Positions 49,812-58,034 of a DNA stretch of 58,034 bases are shown here, in pieces. The notes beneath the pieces are model-generated. The model was not told where the DNA came from, ran no database searches, and was given only the letters and a program-made list of their open reading frames with translations. Origin of the DNA: Catajapyx aquilonaris (taxonomy: Eukaryota); NCBI GenBank assembly GCA_000934665.2, contig JYFJ02002385.1:1-58034 (forward strand), given 5' to 3'. How positions within the stretch are numbered: position 1 is the stretch's first letter; every line of letters begins with the position of its first letter. A program made the position numbers and the translations under genes.

Positions 49812-52800
49812 GCTTATGAGCTGCAGGCCAGCATGAAGTGAACCTGGAGAGTGAAATGCAAGTAAGTGGAACATCAATTTAAAATGATACGTGAACAGGA
49901 AAAAAGGGATTCCGAAAGTGATACACCATGGAAAGTGCATTAAATTGGATCTTGCTGACAATTACTATGCATGGTGAAATCTGTATTTCTGTTGTGAAAT
50001 ATTATTTTAAGATTTATCAATCCAGAAATGTTAAGAATAATGTACCGGTAAATAATTATAAGGCACAGTACCATTGCACTTTTACAAAACAAAAATTACT
50101 TGATATTTTTAAAGGGAAGAAGAAAAAGAAGAAAACGGGTGAACTGCTCCTTTCAAATGCATAATTGGGCAAAAAACTAATTAACTAAACTTAAACACAA
50201 TTTAACAAGTCTATACCTAAGGTATACACCCCTGTCAGTGGAATGTGTCACGTAAAACTCTCAGACAAAGAGAAATCCACACCAACTGCCAACCACTCCT
50301 CTCCCCCTCAACACAAATATTCTGAAACCAGAAACTAAGCTCGCCTACATGAACATGAACAGTACAGGTCTGTCCGTTACATTGTTTTATTTGCTTCAAC
50401 CATAAATACAGTGATGTTACCAAATTCTCTCATCCCAAAAACAATCACCATTACCAGAAGGCTTGTGTTACTGAAAAATAAATAGTTTGGTGCTCTGCAT
50501 TGCAGGAAAATCTGCCAACCCTTACAATCCAAGAGAAATATCAAACTTGAGTTTGTGTTGCAGTTTTTTTTTTCTTCTGTCCAGAAGAAATAAATAAACA
50601 TTAACATTACAAACAAGTGTCCATTACGTCCAGGATCAGCTCTGGGTAGGTATCCCCTGACAAAGAAAAATGACTAGCAGATATTATTCAGCCACGTCGT
50701 AGAACTTAAATCAGTGAAATAAATGCTTCTCATGTAGGCCTTTCATAAGCCACGGTTAGGAAGGAAGTCATACAATAACACATTCAAGTCAAATATACTG
50801 TAGAAAACAATCAGCATTATTCGCCCTCAACACTTTGCAATTGTCGATTTTAAAAAAAGTCCCAGCATGAGCCAGCGGCTAAATAGGGCAGGTACAGCAG
50901 GTCAGTTTCATATATGCACAGTAATTTTGTAACTATGTCACAAGTTTTTGTGTTATGGATCTGTGATATGGAGCGAAGTTGTGTTGTTTAAGACGTGTTA
51001 TTTCTACAGTAAAAATCTCAAACCAGGCAGAGGCAGCCAGTGCAACTAACATGTCTTGCCTAGGTTAAATCGGAAAAGGTTATGGTTATGGATGGGCAAT
51101 TTCAAAACTTGAAATCCTGCCTCCTGAAGGGGACAGAAACTTAAAAACTCTTCTGTCCAGATCACATATCTTGACACAACTACCACACCTCTCTAACAAG
51201 AAATCTGAAAGACATCGAAGGTACTTCTCTCATTCAAAATGTATAAAACCATTCAAGAAATGAAACATTGCAGGCACAGTACTTCTATGACCCAGTTCTT
51301 ACACAAGACAAGCGCATTAGGTACAGCACAAGAGTTTACAATTACCAGTAGTAAAATAAAGTGCAAAGATAATCAAGTTCGTAAGGGTAGGCATGAAACT
51401 TCAGCAGCTCAGAAAGTGCCACCCACACATTGCAACGCACCTCTTTCAATATAGTATTTAACTTCCCCTCACTAGTTTCACACTCATCATCATACATGAC
51501 GGTAACCCCTGTTTTGAGGAGACATAATTTATGCACGGCCCACTTTAATATACAGAATCCCCATCCTTTGCAATATTGTATCCTGTAGCGTAACTATCTT
51601 TCCTTCGTCAAAGTAGTTTCAAAGTTGAATATTAGTGACTAGCCTTCATGCAGACAATTGTGTATATGATAATGCCACTCTACAATTTGACAAAATTTTC
51701 CCTTAAAAGACTGTTAAGTTAGTCTAAAACCACTGTCAATGTGACGTGTGAAAGAACATGTCCAAGAGTATTAACACTATTAAGACTATCAGAATGGGTT
51801 TGCATGTGACCTTCACATTGCTTCACCTTCCGTACATTCGATAGAGTATTCCAATCTACTTTTAATTCACTTTCACACTTTTTTTCTTCTGAGACAAGCC
51901 CTAGTGTCAGCAGCCGTTACACACAAGTGCGCCAATAAAAAATATTTCTTTCATTACAGTCACATGCATGGTCACATGAGATAAGACTAACAGAACTAGT
52001 TGAAGTGCAAAAAGTACAAACTAGTCTTTGAATTCCAGACCACACAGCCTACTAGGTAAGAAATTATGCTTTGATATAATATCTAGACACAGGCGTATCA
52101 AATCAGTGCAGCCTTTGCGATCAGGTAATGTCTGCCAAAAAGACAACCCTTAGCTTCCAAAAAGGGCAACATTGCATGCCTTTTTTGTACTATAATAATG
52201 GGCATAAGCAATGAAAAAAGTGACAAATTCTTACCGAGATAATATCACAGAAGTGCGGGTTTTTCTGACGATTACTGTTATTTGCTCTTTCTAGATCAAC
52301 ACTACCTAAAGCTTGTCGATTTACAAAGCACTTCCGAGGTAGGATTTGAGATATAACTACCCGATATCAGGAAAGGCTAATCTAAGCACATCCACTATAG
52401 ATTCTCACAACATTTCACAAAAAGGATTCATCAGACATCCTTCAACTCCCACTTGAGGTTACTGTGTTGTAGTCAGAGAATCCATAACAGGTTGCCTGAA
52501 TTGTTCTCTAAAGTCAAGAAACGTCATCTTTGATATAAAATTTTCTGGGCAATCCATACAGTGTTGCCATCAGAAAGGAATCTAGTCGACTATTTAAGCT
52601 GGAACAGAAGTCATGGCGATTACTATTATGAGCACAACATGTCGAAGTAATGTTTGGATACATTGATTAACAAAATTGCGTTGATTTGTTCTGACTGCTT
52701 TGAATCACCAAATAAAACTTATCTTACCTTCTAATAGCCAGATAGTTTTAGTTATTTTGGCTTCTTCCAAGCAGTCTAATCAATTTACTAGAGTGACCTC

Positions 52801-53384
52801 TCAGCAAACATTCCCTCTCTTCTTTTTGTTTCTCTCTCCATCTGTCCCATCTTTTTATCTTCGAATATAGCCAGATAGCCCCAGTTGCTTTCACTCCTTC
52901 CTAATCAAACCAAACCAAGTGTTTCATTGTACTTAAATAACACGACTGCAACTAGTTATATGCGCATGACTAATATTTGCACTGATTTCAATAGCTTTCA
53001 GGTTAAAAGACATGCACTACGTAAATAATCACATTTCTTTCCAATTCTACTCTCTACCGAAACACAATTTGACAAGTTTCCCATGTTTTCAGTAGCATAC
53101 AATTAACGTACTCCAGAGGAACCTAACTTAGTCTGTGTGGCCTGGAAATAAGACTTTGACTTATTGAGAACCTTACAATTATTTATTCACAAACATTGGT
53201 ACTGACTGTTGTTTTCTAGCCACAAAATCTGCCTGTCGTGAAGCAAAGTATTCACTTCAAGGCTGAATTAGTTACATAAAAGTTCCATAATTGGGTAAAA
53301 TTTCTTTTAATTTCAATTATTGACATCATGCTAATGCTCCCTACAACCCACATGCTACAGCGAAGATATTAAATGGATGGAATA

Positions 53385-54908
53385 CTAGTAACCATTACGA
53401 AGAAAGTAAACCTTCAATTTCAAAGGTGTGTCGTCATCACCCGTGTCTTCAGATGTAGCACTTGCTTCAGCTTCCTGGGCCTGTTGCTTCGGAACAACTT
53501 GGTCACCGTAATAGTCAATGACCTTCAGTTTGGGCTGCCTGAGGACGACCTGCTCCAGCACACTGTCCTCAATATTCCCACACTGCTCCAGATCGAGGTA
53601 TTCCAAGTAGGGCAAGTGGGTGGGAATCAGATGGAAGCCGGCCCCAGAGATCCTCACCACTCCAATCATGTCCAGCACATGAAGCATGGTGCACCCACGA
53701 ATAATATGCTCCACTCCCTGGTCAGTCACATCCCAGCACCAGCACAGGGCCAAGTACGTTAGAAGCGGACAGTTGGCTGCCACATTCTGCACACACGCAT
53801 CATTCAGATTTGAACACTCCGAAAGGTCCAAGTGGACCAGGCTGCTGACGTTCTGAGGGGTTGCAAACAGACAGGTCAGGGCGCTAGCACTAAGCTCAAG
53901 GCCTCGCTTGATTCGAAGCCAGTGCAGGGAATTTAAGCCACCAATGCCAGTCAGCAGCCCCTCGTCGGTCATCAGATCTGCAAAGGAGATGCCCAGTACT
54001 AGTAGTTTCTTGCACTGGCTCACACTCGAGAAGGTCAGGTCAGTCAGGTCCTCCCCATCCAGCACCAGCTTCTGAAGCTCCTCCTTCCGCTCCTGAATTA
54101 CAGCCCGCATTTCTTGGTCCCATATTCTTGGAATCCCGTCGACATTGAGATCCTCCAAAAACAGGCAGCTACGTGCAATGGTCAGGAGGCTTGCCCCGTC
54201 CAGGCTGAGGCAGTGGGAAAGGTTAAGCCTCCTGAGGTTCTTGAACTGCGATATAGTTTGGCAGCAGTGGTCACCCACCAGCCGACTTCCTTCAAGATTC
54301 AGGCGGCGAACCTGAGGGCACTGACTAGCCAGGTGAGCCAACACGTCTTCATTGAGCCCATCACTGAACCGGACACTCAGCACCTGCAGCTGTGGGCAGG
54401 AATCACCGACCTTATACAGGATGGCATCTGCGTCCTCCCGGCTTTGGAGGGACAGCTCCTTCAGGAGGGGTGCCTGAGACAGGAGACTAAGCACCACCGG
54501 AAAAGGGGTCAGCTCATCACTGATGAAGCTCATCCTCTGCCACAGGGTGTTATCATGAGCAAGACGGTACCACTGGCGACACACGGGAGACACAGTAGAG
54601 CACAACTCCTCCACAGTGAAATGAGAGAATATCTTCAGCTTAATCTCTTCTGGTAGGCCTTCAAAGCATGGTTTCCACTCCTCTTCATCACCTGGCACCT
54701 CCCTGTCCTCCATCTGGATGCGGGGCTCACCCACATCCTCTTCAGCTAGTTCCTCACATGCACGACTGGGACCAGCAGCCTCCTTGCTGCTCTCACCTGC
54801 TTCCGCACTTCCTTGATCTTTCGCGTCACACTCTGCATCTCTGATCCATCCATTCTTGGTTGGATACGAGATGCCAATACACTGCAGGCTACAGTTACCC
54901 CTTTCCAT
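53385..54908 (-). CDS. F-box/leucine-rich-repeat protein (FBXL family), single coding exon
   Basis: F-box LPEEIKLKIFSHF...VCRQWYRLAHDNTLW followed by Cys-containing LRRs (LxxLxLxxCxxLxD). First ATG at 54908, after the acceptor at 54962-54964. Confidence 0.92.
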   Translation of the reverse strand: MERGNCSLQCIGISYPTKNGWIRDAECDAKDQGSAEAGESSKEAAGPSRACEELAEEDVGEPRIQMEDREVPGDEEEWKPCFEGLPEEIKLKIFSHFTVEELCSTVSPVCRQWYRLAHDNTLWQRMSFISDELTPFPVVLSLLSQAPLLKELSLQSREDADAILYKVGDSCPQLQVLSVRFSDGLNEDVLAHLASQCPQVRRLNLEGSRLVGDHCCQTISQFKNLRRLNLSHCLSLDGASLLTIARSCLFLEDLNVDGIPRIWDQEMRAVIQERKEELQKLVLDGEDLTDLTFSSVSQCKKLLVLGISFADLMTDEGLLTGIGGLNSLHWLRIKRGLELSASALTCLFATPQNVSSLVHLDLSECSNLNDACVQNVAANCPLLTYLALCWCWDVTDQGVEHIIRGCTMLHVLDMIGVVRISGAGFHLIPTHLPYLEYLDLEQCGNIEDSVLEQVVLRQPKLKVIDYYGDQVVPKQQAQEAEASATSEDTGDDDTPLKLKVYFLRNGY

Positions 54909-55144
54909 GATCCCTTGCTGTTTCTGATCCGCACGCCACACTTTGTGTCAATTACAAGGTTCTGCAATGGAATTCAGAGTCATAATGCCCATATGCGTTA
55001 CATCCCTAAGAAGCCTAGTTACGGTAGGTACTAACACACCAGACTTCATTTTTCGACAGAGAAAACCCACTTCAAGTAATTGAAATCAGCAAGGTCCAAT
55101 AAATGTAGTTAAAAGAGGGAAAGTGATAGTCCGTGTCTCCTCAC

Positions 55145-55430
55145 CAGCCTGCTCCGTACAATCCGGCCGTCTCTCCACCTTTGGAATGCGTAGGAACCGT
55201 CGGAATGCGGCTCGAACTAGGTCAAAAGACGAGTTCGATTGGCGGCCATCTTGAGGTCCGGACACTCCCTTGGCAGCCCTCTTATCCCACCCGTTCAGAG
55301 GGGAGGGTTGCCGATTTGGCGCTGGTGTCGCTCCAGCAGCAATTTATCGACAAGTGGCGACCCTGGCGGCGGACGAAGCCTCGCAAACGATGCCAATAGC
55401 ATATCGATAGTATAGCGACAACGTGGTAAG
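55145..55430. promoter_or_regulatory. Bidirectional housekeeping promoter (FBXL / NOC2L)
   Basis: CpG-rich segment between divergent genes. DRE TATCGATA at 55402-55409; YY1-like GGCGGCCATCTTG at 55241-55253; outward-facing splice donors near 55144 (-) and 55426 (+). Confidence 0.7.
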
Positions 55431-55508
55431 GGCTGCTGAGGAGACAATCCGCCTGAAATCAAAGAGTAGGCTACCTTCCAGCCTTTCTGGAACAGCCTGG
55501 TGGTGGCC

Positions 55509-57973
55509 ATGAACCAGAAGGGCAACCAGAAGAAGAAGAAGGGGAAGATGGGCAAGAAGAACCGGTCAGTCCAGCCGCATCATGCCGCTATGCGGAATGT
55601 TCATGCTTGTTGGTTTCAGGTTGAGCGGTGGGGCCAAGAGTGAGCAGGAGGAGAGTAGGCTGGCTGAGCTGAGCGTGGATGAGTTCATGCAGGGGGACCT
55701 CTGGGAGGCAGGGTCGGACTCAGACGCTGAGGCACCAAAAGCGCAGGGGAAGAAGAAGAAGCAAAAGGGCAACGCTACAAGTACGGCCAAAGTTGATTGG
55801 GAATGGGAATGGACCAGCTAGTATACCGCTTCGTTGTATACTTTCCAGATAATAAGGGAAAACCTGCTCGTAGGACAGCAACGGATGCGGCCAATCACAA
55901 AGCTGCACTTGGGAAGCTGAAAGATATTGATCCTGAATTCTACGACTTTTTGAAAGTAAACGACAAGAATCTGCTTGAGTTTGACATCTCGGATGATGAC
56001 AGTGACCCAGAATTGTCTAAACAAGACGATGATGAGGATGCTGTGCACAAGCCTCCAGAGTCATTGGAGGTAAGAAGTGTAACATATATATTTTGCGATA
56101 TTTTGAGAGCTTTTAATCACAAAAATGATGTTTGCAGGTGGCAAGTGACGAGAGCGACTACGAAGCGGATGACGAGGTCGCTTCTCACCGTCCCAAGAAT
56201 GCAGTCACCATCGCCTTAGTCAGGGAATGGCAAAACCTTCTTGCCACTGACAAGTAAGATTATTGCCATCACATCCTTGCATCAGCATTTCAGACGTGAC
56301 TGATACCTTATGTTGTTTGCAGGAGTGTAGCGACCATAGCAGAAGTGACACATGCATTCCAAGCAGCATTAGAGCAGGTGGAGGGCTCGGAGGAGACTGG
56401 AAAGTTTCGAGTGGAAGGTGGCGCCACGTTCAATGCGGTTGTCCGCCTTTGCCTTCTGGACCTGCTGCCTGCGATTCGACGTGTGATGAAGGTTGGGGAG
56501 GGCACCATCACTGCACCAGCGAAGAACAAGAAGTGGACCAAGCTGAAGCCACACTTGCGTCCATACTTGGTGGCATTGGTGAGGTTGATCCATGCCGTTG
56601 CGACCCCAGCAGCCAGGCGTACCCTTCTGAAACATGCCTTGGATCTGATCCCATTCTATGATGCCCACCCACGTGCAGCTAAGGCGCTTCTCAAGGAATG
56701 CCTTCAGTTGTGGGGTGCTAGCGAGGATGAGTCAGTCAGAGTGGTGTCGTTCATGGCAGTGTTGCGCCTGGTTCGCACTCGTCCCTCTGCATTCCATGCC
56801 CCAGCTGTCAAGCGCATGTACACTTCGTATGTCCAAAACTCTCGCTTCACATCTCCATCCAGCTGGCCCCTGCTGCTCTTCTGCTGCCAGTCACTCTGTG
56901 AAGTTCTTTCACTTGATGTACAGTTGGCATACCAACATGCCTTTGTGTACATACGACAACTAGCCATCCACCTGCGTAATGCCCTGACCCTTAAGGCCAA
57001 GGACTCTGTGCAGGCCGTGCTCAACTGGCAGTTTGTCCATTGCCTGCGGCTCTGGGCCCATCTGTTGGGTATGCAACCGCAGCTGAAGCCATTGGTGTAT
57101 CCCTTAACACAGGTCATACTTGGTACGTTAAAGTTGGCACCAACTTCCAAGCACTATCCCCTCAGGCTGCAATGCGTGTCCATTCTGACGAAGCTGAGCC
57201 GTGAGACAGGCGTCTTCATCCCTGTCGTCCCCATGGTACTTCAGGTGCTCCAGACGTACAAGTTCAACAGCAAGCATACCAAGGTGTCAATGAAGCCTAT
57301 GGATTTCAGCTGCATGCTGAAAGCATCCAATACGCAGATGGCAGAGAATGGGTTCAAGGATGCATTGGTGGATGGCCTGTACGGAGCAATGCTGGATTAC
57401 TTTCACTCGCAGTCGCACCGTATTGGATTTCCTGAGCTAGCCCTTCCTGCACTGGTGCAGATTAAGACGTTTTTGAAGATGTGCAAGGTGACGCCCTACA
57501 CAACCAAAATGAAGCAGTTGGCAGACAAGATCCGGGCCACCAGCCAGGAAGTTGAGAAGAGGCGGAGAGCTGCTGGGCTAACCATTTCAGACCAGGTGGC
57601 AGTTGATGCATGGGAGGCACAATCTAAGGTCAAGGGCACGCCTCTGGGTGACCTGCACACGCAGTGGAAGCGAGAGAAGGCGAAGCAGGCAGTGAGGAGC
57701 GGACTGAAAACCGACATGGATGACTATGGTCTGCCGACGCTGACGAAGAAGAGAAAAGCACCAACAGGCAAGGAGGATAAATTCGAAGGGTTGTTCCCCT
57801 CGGATGAATCAGATGACGAAGAAATTGGGTTCATGCCAGTCAAGAAGGCAAAGCAGGACAGCGAAATCCAGGAGGATGTTCCTGTCAAAGAAGAGGAATC
57901 CAGCGAGGAAGAGGAGGAGAACGATGATGATGGAGTTGAAGACATTGTGGAGGATTTTAACATGTCTGATTGA
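55509..57973 (+). CDS. NOC2L: Nucleolar complex protein 2 homolog
   Basis: Exons 55509-55564, 55620-55780, 55849-56069, 56138-56253, 56323-57973. Motifs LAELSVDEFM, LKDIDPEFYDFLK, AYQHAFVYIRQLAIHLRNA, NWQFVHCL, IGFPELALP, and an acidic tail. Confidence 0.95.
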
Positions 57974-58034
57974 ACAAATATACATGTTTTTTGGAGAAAC
58001 TTTCATTTTTAATTCAACTTGAACTCTATGACCC

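Noticed and set aside
49812..49961. N-terminal hydrophobic extension of the KDM8 ORF
   Set aside because: Begins at a non-ATG codon and lies mostly upstream of a splice acceptor; probably intron or UTR.

Overview
Eukaryotic, intron-rich genomic DNA from an arthropod, probably a hexapod (inferred from an NVP/prohormone-2 neuropeptide gene, a DRE promoter element and ~60-nt introns). In order: (1) 2.7-21.3 kb, a tandem array of six paralogous genes I cannot name. Each encodes a secreted protein: signal peptide completed by a 10-nt micro-exon, a 14-16-Cys core whose spacing resembles a Minus-C odorant-binding-protein (OBP) fold, and a repeat stalk with different units across paralogs. Copies 1-5 end in a Trp-rich two-Cys module. 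One homologous intron has GT, GC or apparently GA donors depending on the paralog. (2) A tandem duplication with ~3.1-3.7 kb copies that breaks inside gene 6's repeat and carries two cathepsin B copies, the second frameshifted. (3) An NVP-like/prohormone-2 gene on the minus strand, seen only as fragments in the ORF track. (4) A third, more canonical cathepsin B. (5) A Pro/Ser/Thr-rich protein with paxillin-type LD motifs and a CaaX box. (6) KDM8/JMJD5, an F-box/LRR gene and NOC2L around a bidirectional promoter. There are also TTAA (Kolobok/T2-type) MITEs, Helitron-like elements, a tRNA-derived SINE and several hairpins. All gene models were spliced by hand; no database search was run.
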